A DNA stretch of 64,000 nt, from assembly GCF_006345805.1 (NCBI RefSeq), contig NC_043013.1:6014001-6078000 (forward strand), read 5' to 3'. A model generated the notes under the pieces. The model was not told where the DNA came from and ran no database searches. It saw only the letters and a program-made list of their open reading frames with translations. The translations under genes and the position numbers were made by a program. Source of the stretch: Octopus sinensis. Lineage: Eukaryota. Numbering within the stretch: the stretch's first letter is position 1; each line of letters starts with the position of its first letter. Shown here piece after piece: positions 51,525-63,495 of the stretch.

Positions 51525-51782
51525 AAGTGTCGGTGGCACATAAAAAAAAACACCATCCGAGCGTGGCCGTTCGCCAGCCTCGTCTGGCACCTGTGTCGGT
51601 GGCACATAAAAAGCACCCACTACACTCATGGAGTGGTTGGCGTTAGGAAGGGCATCCAGCTGTAGAAACACTGCCAGATCTGACTGGCCTGGTGCAGCCC
51701 TCTGGCTTCACAGACCTCAGTTGAACCGTCCAACCCATGCTAGCATGGAAAGCGGACGTTAAACGATGATGGTGATGATGAT
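51525..51782 (+). mobile_element. RTE-tail element, same subfamily as 45965-46635
   Basis: Shares GTGTCGGTGGCACATAAAAA...CCATCCGAGCGTGGCCGTTCGCCAGCCTCGTCTGGCACC and GATCTGACTGGCCTGG variants. Confidence 0.85.
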
Positions 51783-52097
51783 ACTTTATTCAGGATGAAA
51801 GGCAAAGTTGTCCTTGGTAGGAACTGAACTCAGGTATGTGAAGGCCCAGATGTAACAAAATATTCGTTTGTTGCACATATTTCAATGCTTTTGTTTCTAT
51901 GGCCAGAAGATTGCAAATATATGTATTTTGTTTTTTTATCAAATCCTATCATAATACTTGACTAGCGTACAAAGGGTCATCTCAGATTACAGTGGTTGTA
52001 TATCTTGCGTTTATTGTTTATGTATATAAATCATGCCAAAGTAGACAGTGTAACAGAATGTAATGGAACAGAAGTGATAAACAACTTCATTATTAAT

Positions 52098-52410
52098 AGT
52101 TGGAATGGGACCCTGATTCCACAAGATTGGATCAATGGTATTCTGTTATCATTACACAAGAGCAAAGGTGAAAAATCGATATATGATAACTATCATGATA
52201 TCACTGTATTGCAAGCTGTTGGCAAGGTATTTGCAAGACTTGCTCAACAGATGAGAGGAAGATATCTGGCCTGTAGTTATGCCAGAATCACATTGTGGTT
52301 TTAGAGGGAGGAATGGGGAAAGTTGATATGATCTTCACCGCAAGACAGATACAAGAAAAATGCACTGAGTAGCATATCCCTCTATATCAACTCTTTGCCG
52401 ACCTAACAAA
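52098..52410 (+). pseudogene. RTE-clade LINE reverse transcriptase fragment
   Basis: IPQDWINGILLSLHKSKGEKSIYDNYHDITVLQAVGKVFARL; after a frameshift MPESHCGF, then DMIFTARQIQEKCTE*HIPLYQLFADLTKA. Confidence 0.9.
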
Positions 52411-53190
52411 AGCTTAATTGAAGCTGCAGGTGGGTCAGAGAAAGATGTGCAAGGGCCAGAGGGCCTCTTAGAATCATCGAATGATTTGACCAGTAGTAAT
52501 AATCCCACACACAAAAGGTCATTTGCAGCCATACATGTTGGCACACACACACACACGTGCACATGTGTGTGTGTGTGCCCACATATTTATATAAAGACAC
52601 TCTCTCTTTTGTAAATTGAATGCAAAGGCTTTTGCTGGGTTTATAAATTGTGATTTACATGTTTGAGGGCTTTTTAAAAATTATTTTTAGAAATTTGATT
52701 GAATTTCATAGTATTTGGAGGTGACACATTGTATGGAGGTCATTGCACTGAGGAGCCAAAGGAGAGGTAAGGGTTTGGGTCCCACTTTGTGCTCACATCT
52801 TTAGTGGGTGGTTTCCCAATATGGCCACACCCCACTGTCTGCAAGTGGCGAAAGAGTGGAAGCTTTGAAGAATAAAAATATAGTTTTTGAAGTTTTGCTT
52901 GTGAGCTGTCAAGTGGCTCATTAGAACATACCATCCTATTTAGCTATTAAAAAGAGAAAAATAGAAAGAGAGGAAAAATAAGAGCAACTTATGCAGTGTA
53001 CTTATGACAACCATCTCAAGATGTAGAAATCTCAATTACAGTGTACTACCAACATCATGACACTAATTTCTGCCATGTGCCCTTGTGGCTAGAAAGCCAT
53101 TCCACTAACTGGTTGAGGCTGAGGGATAGATTCCATGTAATATGACTGCATAATGGAGGATAGAGGGTATACAAGTGTTACAAAAGTTAA

Positions 53191-53907
53191 TCCTTTTGAT
53201 ACCGCTCCTGGTTTTATGGTTAAAGCTTCCTGTTTTAAAATGATCTAAATTAAAGCTGTCCTCCAATATTTTTTGTGAATTTATGTTTCAAACATCAGCT
53301 GAATAATAACAAAGTTATTTTACTAATTTCTTCATTATTTTCAGTTTTAATTGAAACACAGGCAGTGTATTTCAACAAGAATATGGTAACAAAGGGGTTA
53401 AAGTGATCTAAATTAGAATCTTCCATCAATATTAATTTATATTCCTAACACCATGTTAATAATGGCAAAGTTATTTTCCTAAATTCTTCGCTATTTTCAG
53501 TATTAATTGAAACATCGACAAAACTGAATTACAAGAGGTTCTTCTTTTTCGAATCTTCCATTAGTATTTTGTATTAATTTATGTTCTCAACACCAGATTA
53601 ATAAAGATAAAGCTATTTTATTTAAATTTTTCATTATTTTCAAAATTAAATGAAACAAAAACTGAAATATAGTCACACAGGGGTTAACCCTTTCGTTACC
53701 AACCCGGCTGAAACCGGCCCTGGCTCTGAGTACAAATGTTTTGTTTTCATAAGTTTTGAATTAAAATCTTCCACCAAACTTTAGTCACAATTTATGTTCC
53801 TAACACTAGCTGAATGATGACTAAGTTATTTTACTAAATTCTTTGTTATATTTAAAGTAATTGAAAGAAATACAGAGCATCTCAAAATAAATACAGTAAC
53901 GAAAGGG
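53191..53907. mobile_element. Cluster of piggyBac-type MITE copies (best copy 53688-53907)
   Basis: TTAA-bounded copies 53191-53397 and 53688-53907 with degenerate internal repeats between them; opposite orientation to the 37.5 kb copies. Confidence 0.75.
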
Positions 53908-54881
53908 TTAAAGGCTGTTTTGAACCCTCAGGCCCTTTCGGCTGGAACTTATCTCAGATTCTGTTGTGTTTAGGACATTAGGATTGCAAGGCTTCCCCCA
54001 TGAATTGGATGTTATTCAGTGGCAGGATTAACTCCCAGTGGTACTCTGCTGGTACTCTTTTTCAGCTAAGACAAACTCAAGTAACACGAAATGAAGTGCC
54101 TTGCTCAAGGACACGAACACACTATTCAGTTTGAGAACTGAAGCCATCGTGCAATAATTGTGAGCCCAATACCTAAACCACTAGGTCACACAACCTTTAC
54201 ACTTCTGGCATAGATTAGTTGTTAATGAATTAAAAAGCAAGTGTGGCTTACTAATATGAACTATGCCAAAGGTGGTGAGCTGGCAGAATCATTAGCATGC
54301 TGGGCAAAATACTTAGTGGCATTTTGTCCATCTTTGTATTCTGAATTCAAATTCCGCTGGGGCTGGCTTTGCCTTTCATCTTTTCAGGCTTGATGAAATA
54401 GGTGGTAGTTGAGCACTAGGGTTGATGAAATTAACCCTAGACCCTCCTCCAAACCTGTTGGCCTTGTGCTAAAATTTGAAACGAATACTAACTATGCTAG
54501 TATCCATTTTACTATTAATTTTTTGTGCAGCACACATCCATGGGTCATTTTCCTAAGGTTTGTTCTTCAGAGTAAAAATAACCAGGAAGATGTAGAAGAT
54601 GAAATCTACCTCAATTAGAGTCAAGTTTCCTCAACAGACAAACTTTATATAATGTGCATGGACAGTTGATCATTTGTAAACAGACCATATCTGTAGTTTA
54701 AGTAAAAGTTTATCTTGGAAGTTAACAGCTTAGAGGTTTAAATATCACAACTGCCCATCAGTTATTTAGAGGCAAATAACAGATTTGGAATACTTATAAA
54801 GAGATTGCAGGGAAATATATTTAGAACTGTCCAAGTTACTGTTGTTTAAGCTCAGGTCAGCAGAATCCCAACTGAATTGTA

Positions 54882-55262
54882 TGGCTGTGTGGTAAGAAGT
54901 TTTATTCCCAACTACATGGTTCTGGGTTCAGTCCCACTGCATGGAACTTTGGACAAGTGTCTTCTACTATCGTTCTAGGCTGACTAAAGCCTGGTGAGTG
55001 GATGTGTTTGATGGAAATTGAAAGAAGCCCATCATGTGTGTGTGTGTGTGTGTGGTTGTCCCCCCCCCCACATCAACACTTGACAACCGGTTTTGGTGTG
55101 TTTACATCCTCATACTTTGTGGTTTGAGAAAAAAACATTTGGTAGGATAGTACCGAGCTTTAAAAAAAAAATTACTGTCGTCAATTAGTTTGAGTAGAAT
55201 TCTACAAGGCAGTGCTCCAGCATGACCACAGTCTAATGACTGAAAATAGTCAAAGATAAAAA
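54882..55262 (+). mobile_element. SINE family A (degenerate)
   Basis: Family A blocks, CpG-decayed. Confidence 0.75.
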
Positions 55263-55559
55263 TGAAAAGATCCTGTTGCGTTTATTTTTTTTAAAGTATA
55301 TTACATCACTTTTGAGCTCTGTTAATTGAGTTAATGCAGGTGAGGCCTGAAGTGCCTGGCTTGCATACAGATGAGGCTTCCATATGGAAAGCCAGGTAAG
55401 AATGATGTGTAGTAACACCTGTATCGGAACTGGTATTGTTAGAGGTGGTGTAGCACATGAGTTGATGTTGAGGGGGAAGAGCATGAGGAAGTGGAGGAGG
55501 ACAAAAAGAAAGAAAAAAAAGCAACAAAAAAACAAAGCCAAGCCTCATTAGTGTTAACT

Positions 55560-56860
55560 GATAGGAGAATACTGATTCAAGAGACAGAGGGAGCTTACTG
55601 ATGAATAGTGTTGCCAGGAGAGTAACAAGTGTGACATAGTCAAATGCTCTTGTGTCAGTGCGGTGACACTAGTTTACTTGTACTTGCAGTGGTGTTCATC
55701 TAGAGTAAGCTGATCCATCTCCGAACAGCAAGTTCCCCACATCCCTCATGAATGATGACTATGAGGTGATATCAAAAAATTCATGGACAAGTTAAATTTA
55801 ATAAAAAATAACTTATTTACCCAAGTTTTTCCAGCATCTGCTTCGAAATACACTGGCCCCAGCATCTGCACAGCAATACACTGGCCCCAGCATCTGCACA
55901 GCAATACACTGGCCCCAGCATCTGCACAGCAATACACTGGTCCCAGCATTCCTGCCACATTTGGAATCCAGCCTGGAAGTTGTTTTCTGTAAGCAAGTTG
56001 AGGACCTTCTGAAATTGGCTCTGAATCTCAGCAACGGTGTTAAAACAGTGACTTTTGAGCTGTATTTTCACCTTGGTGAATAGATGGAAGTCTGCAGGTG
56101 CTAAATCTGGTGAATAGGGCAGGTGTGGAAATGTTACCATGTTGTTCTCAGCAAGAAACTCATGTGTGGAGAGAGCTCGATGACAGAATGCATTGATTTT
56201 GTGTAGAATCCAGACGTTAGGATTGCCTGCATGGACCTATATGACAGACCAAGCCATCAGCATTGTTGTTAATTGTTCTCTGACGATCTTCATGCACAAA
56301 CTGATGAATTGTCTCCACATTTCTTGGTGTGATGCTTGTGGTAGGTTTTCCAGGTTGCTCCATTGTCTCCCAGTGACATTCTTGTGCTTTTGAAGTGCTT
56401 GAGACATTGCATATTACCCTTGTTGCAGTTAGCTTGCTGAAGCCTGCTTAATGTCTCTGCAGTAGACTTCCAAAGTTCGATACAAAATTTCAATTTGGCT
56501 CTTCGTTCCTGTCCATGATGAGAATCACAGACTACAGCATACACGTGATCACAAAAACACAAATTTCACAGCTTACAAAGTAAACACAACAATGTCACTT
56601 AGCACACTGCCTCATGAAGGTCACTGCTAGCTCTCACTAAGCATGGGGCAGTGTGCTGCCATCTGTTGGCTCACTACAGAACTAGTCCAGGAACTTTTTG
56701 ATACCACCTTGTACACCTGATGGTCAGCTGTAGTCAAGGCTGTCAGTAGACATAGTAATGTTTCTGCCTGTGGCCCAGAAGTCCAGCTTGCAAATTTGAT
56801 AAGTGATCCCCGGGAGAGCAAGCATGTCGGATAGCTTGGATGCTGTAGCTGTAGTCGTCC
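55560..56860 (-). pseudogene. Old CR1/L2-like RT relic split by the mariner insertion (flanks 55560-55759 and 56714-56860)
   Basis: Joined minus-strand flanks read ...LTTADHQ... then DTRAFDYVTLVTLLATL, resembling SDHQYGF...D..KAFD.V.H..LL.KL. Confidence 0.4.
55760..56713 (-). mobile_element. Internally deleted mariner (Tc1/mariner) DNA transposon
   Basis: TIRs TATGAGGTGATATCAAAAAATTCATGGACAAG and revcomp TACAAGGTGGTATCAAAAAGTTCCTGGACTAG with terminal TA. Transposase remnants: ERRAKLKFCIELWKSTAETLSRLQQA (N-terminus) and FPHLPYSPDLAPADFHLFTKVK (YSPDL motif). Confidence 0.93.
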
Positions 56861-57148
56861 TTTGCTGTTGCAGGGTAGGAATTCATGTTCAGAGTTTCAG
56901 TGAGAATACATGTTCACATGTGGTTTCCGGTCGCATGCATACACTCTTTGGTACAGTGTGATCTGTAGCAGCTCACCTTGTCATCAATTGTTGACTGCTG
57001 ACCAAGTCACTAGTTTGCACTGCATTTGTCAAGGACAAGGGTCTAATTGGTAAGTGATGGAATTGTGGTGCCAGTCTTACGTCATTTCCTGTTTTCTCAA
57101 TGCCAGTTGCTCTCAGAACTTTGAACTGAGTTTCTTTGTATCTATAAG

Positions 57149-57545
57149 TGCAGGCATGGCTGTGTAGTTAAGAAACTCACTTTGCAACCATATGGTTTTT
57201 GGTGGTCAGTTCCACTGTGTGACACCTTGGGCAAGTGTCTTCTCTGACAGCCCCTGGGACAACTAATGTCTTGCCAATGAATTTGGTAGAAGGAAACTGT
57301 GGAATTCTATTGTGTGTGTGTGTGTCTGTGCACATGGGCATTTGTTCCAATTACCACTACTTGACAAATGTCGGCTTGTTTATGTCCCTGTAACTTAGTG
57401 GTTCAGCAAAAGTGACTGATAGAAGAAATACTAGACTTACAAATTATGTAATGGTGGTGGTGGTGGTTCAATCTTTTTAACTAAAAAGACTCTTTCAAAG
57501 TGGTGCCCCAGTATGACCGTAGTCCAATGACTGAAACAAGATAGA
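57149..57545 (+). mobile_element. SINE family A (degenerate)
   Basis: Family A blocks, CpG-decayed. Confidence 0.75.
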
Positions 57546-57769
57546 ATATAAAAAAAAAATCTCTCCACAAACATGGATGTTTCTGTACTTTAAAACCACA
57601 AAACACTACCTTTATTTTAACTGAAGTCATCAAAAAAAAAAAAACCCATTTTATCCATATCTACTTTAGAAGTTTCAGATTTCTTTTAAGCAGCACTTCA
57701 CTCACACTCAGGTTGGGAAATAGGAGGAAACAGATCACAGAATCATAATGAGAAGCCACTTGTGCTTCA

Positions 57770-57945
57770 TTTCATGCATTGGCTGTCCTCACCTAATTTG
57801 CGTATAGTCGTCTTGCACATGTCATCAACTTCTCTCACAAGCCTTTCTTCCACGCCTAGCTTTCTCATAGTCCAAATCTTCAGAATGCAGGACTATCTCA
57901 GGTACCTCCTTTACATCAACAAAGCTACAAGTTAGTTGATCTTTG
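57770..57945 (-). pseudogene. RTE-like RT fragment
   Basis: Minus strand MRKLGVEERLVREVDDMCK, preceded by a decayed FVD..KAFD region. Confidence 0.6.
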
Positions 57946-58349
57946 TCAAAATTTTACTGCTGTCTTATCATATCATTGCCATCACTTTAATGTCCACTTT
58001 TTTATGTGTCTGTGGGTCAGACAGAATTCATTTTGGCAGGTTTTCTGCAAACAGATGTCTTCCAACATGCAAATGTCTCCAAGAAAAGTAAGATTTTTTT
58101 CATGGCAGATTAAAATTAAGGTTACCTCATGGTGATGAAACATTAATCCCTACACATTTTCTCTCTCTCCGTTCTTAGAACTTATATAGAACTATATTTA
58201 CATGATGACATGGTACTGAAATAGACCGAATAATGGAAAGGAACTAATAAGGGGCTTATGATCTGCTCAGAAATAGAGGAGTAGATGACGGGGTTGAAAA
58301 GACAAAACTTCTTATCTGAGTATCTTCTGGGATTCGTATTTTCAGCCAA

Positions 58350-58609
58350 GACATATGTATGTATATATGTATGTATGTACGTATGTATGTATGTATGTGT
58401 GTGTGTGTGTGTGTATGTATATATATGTATATATATATGTATGTATATATATATGTATGTATGTATGTATATATATATATGTATATATATGTATATATAT
58501 GTATGTATGTGTGTATATATATATATATGTATATATATGTAGGTATGTATATGTATGTATTATATATATATGTATTATATATATATGTATGTATATATGT
58601 GTATATATA

Positions 58610-58640
<31 letters not shown>

Positions 58641-58887
58641 TGTATATGTATGTGTATATATATTATATATATATATATATATAAATATATGTATGTATGT
58701 ATATATGTGTGTGTATGCATATATATGTATGTATATATATGTGTGTGTATGCATATATATGTATGTACATATATGTGTGTGTATGCATATATATATATGT
58801 ATGTATATATATGTGTATATATATATATATATGTGTGTGTATGCATATATATATATGTATGTATATATATGTGTATATATATATGTA

Positions 58888-58918
<31 letters not shown>

Positions 58919-58945
58919 GAATTTGTGTGTGTATGTATAATGTCT
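58350..58945. repeat. Long compound (TA)/(TATG) microsatellite
   Basis: Direct reading; it explains the 277-aa YI-rich ORF. Confidence 0.95.
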
Positions 58946-59747
58946 AAATGTAATACATGCTTGTTTGTACTTGTATGGATAAACAAACACACATGCATGT
59001 ATGTATATAGTTGATTGTATGCCAGTTACTTTTAAGAAGTGCTTTAAGTAGAAATATATTTGTTCTCTATAATTCCATCTTCTCTCCATATCCCTTTCTT
59101 TTGCTCACACCCATATACACTCATTCATAAGCATGCATACATACAGATTTATTCATATTTAATGATATTTTTTAATCTTATTTATTCGGTTTTACATTTT
59201 CTTTTGACATTAGAAAGGAAACTGGTAGACTTATGAAGTGGCTAGTTATTATTACAGCCAATCAGATAAAAGCTCAATCAAAATGAACCAATCAGCAAGT
59301 AGTTAATAAAAACCTTGTCATTTGAATCTTACTTCCTAAATTGTGTTGACAGCTAGCATGGGCCGAGGGAGCTCTTTGCAACAAACAGGATAGTCTGGCC
59401 TCATTAGCAACTAAAACAGTCACCAGAACTACAAAGTATAATAATGCAAAAATAACATATGATGATGATGAAGTAAAACTGCAGTGAAGTAAATTAGTAT
59501 TAGTAAAAACAAAACAAAAAATAAAATTAAAATTAATGAACAAATTAAAAAAAAAAAAGATGGAAGGGGAAAAACACCAGAATGCTTTTGAAAATTCAAA
59601 TTACTGCTATATAAATATCTTGGTATAATTAAGGATGGTGCTCCAGCATGATCGCAATCAAATGACTGAAACATGTAAAAGAATAAAAGAATATATAGCC
59701 TCACACAAATATATATGTAAAAATATATATACACACATATATATATA

Positions 59748-60919
59748 CTAGCAGTAATACCCAATGTTGATCGGGTAATTACTTTTACTCTTTCTCGGGA
59801 GCCACATTCAAAGTGTTATAATATATATATAAATTTACTCCTCCTATATGTGTGTATTTATAAGAAAAAAATATGTAATAATTGAAGTAGAAAAAAGATT
59901 AATTTCATGCATGAACTTCTGTTTGTTTATTGTATGACAATAATAAGTGAGTTGTATGTATCAATACAGTCATGGCAATTATATAATACACAAAGCTTTG
60001 GTTGGCATGAAACTGTAATGAAAGAGAATTGCCCAATGTGTCACACAGTGGGACTGAACCCAAGACGACATGGCTGGAAAGCCAGCTTCTCGATCACACA
60101 GTCATGCCTATAAAGGAGAGATACATTTTGGATAATATACTCCTTGATATAATATGCTTTACAAAAAAATGAGATGTTTACGGTGAGAAGACCTTTGATT
60201 TTAATATTTACTCAAGCAACACAACAACTAATATAGTTCAGACATGGATGACATAGAAAGCAGAAAGCAGACATGCTGCCTGGCCATGCTGTGTTGCGCA
60301 GGATTGGAAACATGATACATAAACAGGGCACTTCTGGAGAATAGACTAATGGGTTTGTTGTGCCTTTACCCAGCTGCACACACACACGGCCCTGTGGTGC
60401 ACGAGATGGTAACATGAAGCATCAACAGGGCGCCAACAAAGATTTTAATGTTCTTCTCATTTCCTCTGCCAAACTGGACAAAAAGGTTTTCATGAAATAT
60501 TATACGCTACTTATAATGCTTAAGTAGTGTCAATATTTTATCATCAGAAAATGGCCTAAAACGAAGATAAAACCCAGTCAGTATACTCAAATCTGATTAA
60601 TTTGCATTTTGGGGTCCCATAGTCGGCGTCAGAAATTTTTTTAGTCAACAGCAATTCGAGGAGCCTGATTAAAGTTTGTTGCAGATTAGGAGGAAAGCGA
60701 CTGGATACTCTTCATGTTACAGGCCTCAATATTCCAAAAATGCTTAAAAAATGCAGTTTATCTGCCCCTGGGTCCGCATTAGGCAAAAAATTGAAAATTA
60801 TTTGGCCCATGACACTCCATGTGTAAAATTTCATTAAAATCGGTTGGATGGATCTTGAGTTTTAACAAGTTAACAAACACACAGTCAGACACACATCCTG
60901 TGTTTTATATATATATGGA
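59748..60919 (-). mobile_element. Non-autonomous Helitron (minus strand) carrying a SINE fragment
   Basis: Minus 5' end a|TCCATATATATATAAAA...GTGTGTCTG...CCGATTTTAATGAAATTT; minus 3' end TACCCGA-tcaaca-TTGGGTA hairpin then CTAG|t. That the two ends belong to one element is inference. Confidence 0.65.
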
Positions 60920-60937
60920 TACATATATATATATATA

Positions 60938-61384
60938 TGGGTCATCCCATAAACAATGCGGTTTTTGAGTTGCATGAACCAAAAGTCAGAAGGGGATGAG
61001 ATAAATTACCTGCATCAACTTGCTATAAAACGAGGTAGTAGTTTTACCTTGTCCTTATTCTTAGTGCAAGTTTGCCTCTCAAACCCTCTTTCATGAGGCC
61101 GAAGAGATGACAGCCTGAAGATGCTAAATTATTTCAGTGACGAGGAAGTGAAAACTGTAGTGAAGAAGTGGCTCAAAGAACAGTCAACAGAATTTTAAAG
61201 GGCAGGGATACATGCTCTCATTCGAAGGTGGAACATTGCTATTGAGAGAAACAGTGACTATGTTGAGAAGTAGGGATGTGATCCTCAGAGGACCAGCTTC
61301 ATTTTTATGTATGATGCATGTTCCTCTGTTGGTAATTATACTTGTCCTAAACAAAATGGCATTACTTTTTGACTCACCCTCGTA
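60938..61384 (+). mobile_element. Mariner relic(s): transposase C-terminus and right TIR; left end appears to come from a different mariner family
   Basis: FSDEEVKTVVKKWLKEQSTEF*RAGIHALIRRWNIAIERNSDYVEK*; right end GGCATTACTTTTTGACTCACCCTCGTA. Confidence 0.8.
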
Positions 61385-61398
61385 TGTATATATATATA

Positions 61399-61794
61399 TC
61401 TTTATATATAAAAGAGAGGTTGTGTGCTGTCTGTCCCCTACGATTTAGATTCCTAACTACTCCCACATTTTGCGGTGCAGTTTAACCAAAACCGGGTATC
61501 TTATAGTCGTGATTCATATCGAGCCCTTCTGGGTATTAGCGTGCGTCTACGATGAGTCTACGATTTAAAAAAAATTTACCATCAATTTTCCCATTTTTTA
61601 ATGCATTTTTGGCATATATAAGGGAAGTAACTCTCTAAAAAATTATTATTAAATCTCAGAACGTAAAAAGTTACAGTAACATCCCCCCCTTTGTGGTTAG
61701 CCATATTGAGATGGCTATTATACTTTACATCTCTAAAAATGCTTATATAGTTATTTCCCTTACAAACCCGAGCAACGCCGGGCGATACTGCTAG
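61399..61794 (+). mobile_element. Non-autonomous Helitron
   Basis: 5' a|TCTTTATATATAAAAG; 3' hairpin CCCGAGCAACGCCGGG followed by CTAG|t; inserted in an AT dinucleotide; no target-site duplication. Confidence 0.88.
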
Positions 61795-62734
61795 TATATA
61801 TATAAACTTTCGTATTGTTATAAATGTGTTTATAAATGTAGAGAGAAACAGATATTTATTTCACCCCCCATTTTCTGATTAACAGGATCCAGTAAAATTC
61901 AGTTTAATTTATTTATAAGATTCAATAAATTCTCAAAATTTTCTCAGTAACTATCCTATCAAGTTTCAATGTATTTCACTCTGTGCATGTTATGGCTTCG
62001 AGGAAGTCTCCATAAAGACGTTTTCATCATAATTATTATTTATTTTACTAGAGTGCCATCCGTTGTATGATGGGCAACTTTGGAAGTATACTTTTGGTGT
62101 CATGGGTAATATCAGGAAATATGGTTTACATGCAATAATTATAATTTACTAATAAAATTTCTTGATGCTTATGCAAAATGACGAAATGAGTATTAATTTT
62201 TGAAATAGGCACAGGCATGGCTGTATGGTAAGAAACTTGCTTCCTGGCCACATGGTTCCGGGTTCAGCCCCATCATGTGGCACCTTAGGCAAATGACCTC
62301 TACTATAGCCTCAGGCCAACCAAAGCCTTGTGGGTGGATTCGATAGATAGAAACTGAAAGAAACCCATTGTGTGTGTGTGTGTGTGGTCTTTGCATCTAT
62401 GTTTGCTCCCCATTACCACTTGACAACCGGTGTTATGTTCATGTCCCTGTAACTTAGTGGTTTGGCATGACTACATTGTCATTTACTCCCTCTTCTAGGA
62501 ATCTTTCTTTCTCACTGAGTATGTTTATGTGTAGCATTCTTTTACCCATTGCCTGCCACCAAGCCTAGTATGTACACTCATTCTGCACGTCTTGTGTTAA
62601 CTTTCACTGTAATTCTCTTTTATTTTCTCCCTTTCTATATATGATATAAAGTATGACTGAAGAAATCAACCAGCCAATCAAGGAACCAACGTTTACATCA
62701 GCTGTTCTATAGAGATAATAATAGTACTTATAAT

Positions 62735-62915
62735 AACAAGAGCACTCAGAGAGCACAAACCTCTGCCAAGGCAACACCAACATCCTCTCAAAGATTAGCC
62801 AGATGATTTTTAAAATGAGAATATCTGAAATAAACTCAAATGCTCTCACAAACGAGAATGCTAAAAATGAACCCGACCATTCTCAAAAATTGAGTAAAAA
62901 ACCCAGAAAAATAAC
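62735..62915 (+). mobile_element. 5' part of the same Helentron-like family, truncated by SINEs
   Basis: AACAAGAGCACTCAGAGAGCACAAACCTCTGCCAAGGCAACACC...GATTTTTAAAATGAGAATA matches 41036-41140. Confidence 0.6.
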
Positions 62916-62916
62916 A

Positions 62917-63495
62917 TTAGCATGCCAGGTGAAATGCTTAGCGGTACTTCATCTGCTGCTACGTTCTGAGTTCAAATTCCGCCAAGGTCGACTTTGCCTT
63001 TCATCCTTTCGGGGTTGATAAATTAAGTACCAATTACGCACTGGGGTTGATGTAATGGACTTAATCTGTTTGTCCTTGTTTAGCCCCTTGTGGATAGTAA
63101 AGAAATAGGTATTTCATCTGCCACTATGTTCTGAGTTCAAATTCCGCCGAGGTTGACTTTGCCTTTCATCCATTTGGGGTCGATTAAATAAGTACCAGTT
63201 ACGCACTGGGGTTGATATAATCGACTTAATCTGTTTGTCTGTCCTTGTTTGTCCCTTCTATGTTTAGCCCCCAGTGGGCAATAAAGAAATAAGAAACATT
63301 AGCATGCCAGGCGAAATGCTTCACAGTATTTTGTCTGCTGCTATGTTCTGAGTTCAAATTCCGCCGAGGTCTACTTTTCCTTTCATCCTTTCAGGGTCAA
63401 TTAAATAAGTACCCATTACGCACTGGGGTCGATATAATCGACTTAATCTGCTTGTCCCTTTTATGTTTAGCCCCCTGTGGACAATAAATAAATAA
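62917..63495 (+). mobile_element. Head-truncated tandem trimer of SINE family B
   Basis: Three GTTCTGAGTTCAAATTCCGCC...GCCCC(T/C)GTGG...AAAGAAATA units. Confidence 0.88.

Noticed and set aside
55340-55395. Candidate exon VRPEVPGLHTDEASIWKA with a CAG|GTAAG donor
   Set aside because: No polypyrimidine tract at the acceptor, and it lies among transposon relics.
58256-59089. 277-aa ORF and the many other YI/CV/HT-rich ORFs (for example 11083-11685, 45578-46014, 29260-29993)
   Set aside because: They are translations of (TA)n/(CA)n/(TG)n microsatellites, which lack stop codons by composition.
61030-61050. CGAGGTAGTAGTTTT resembling let-7
   Set aside because: Only about 10 nt match, no hairpin, and it lies inside a mariner 5' UTR.
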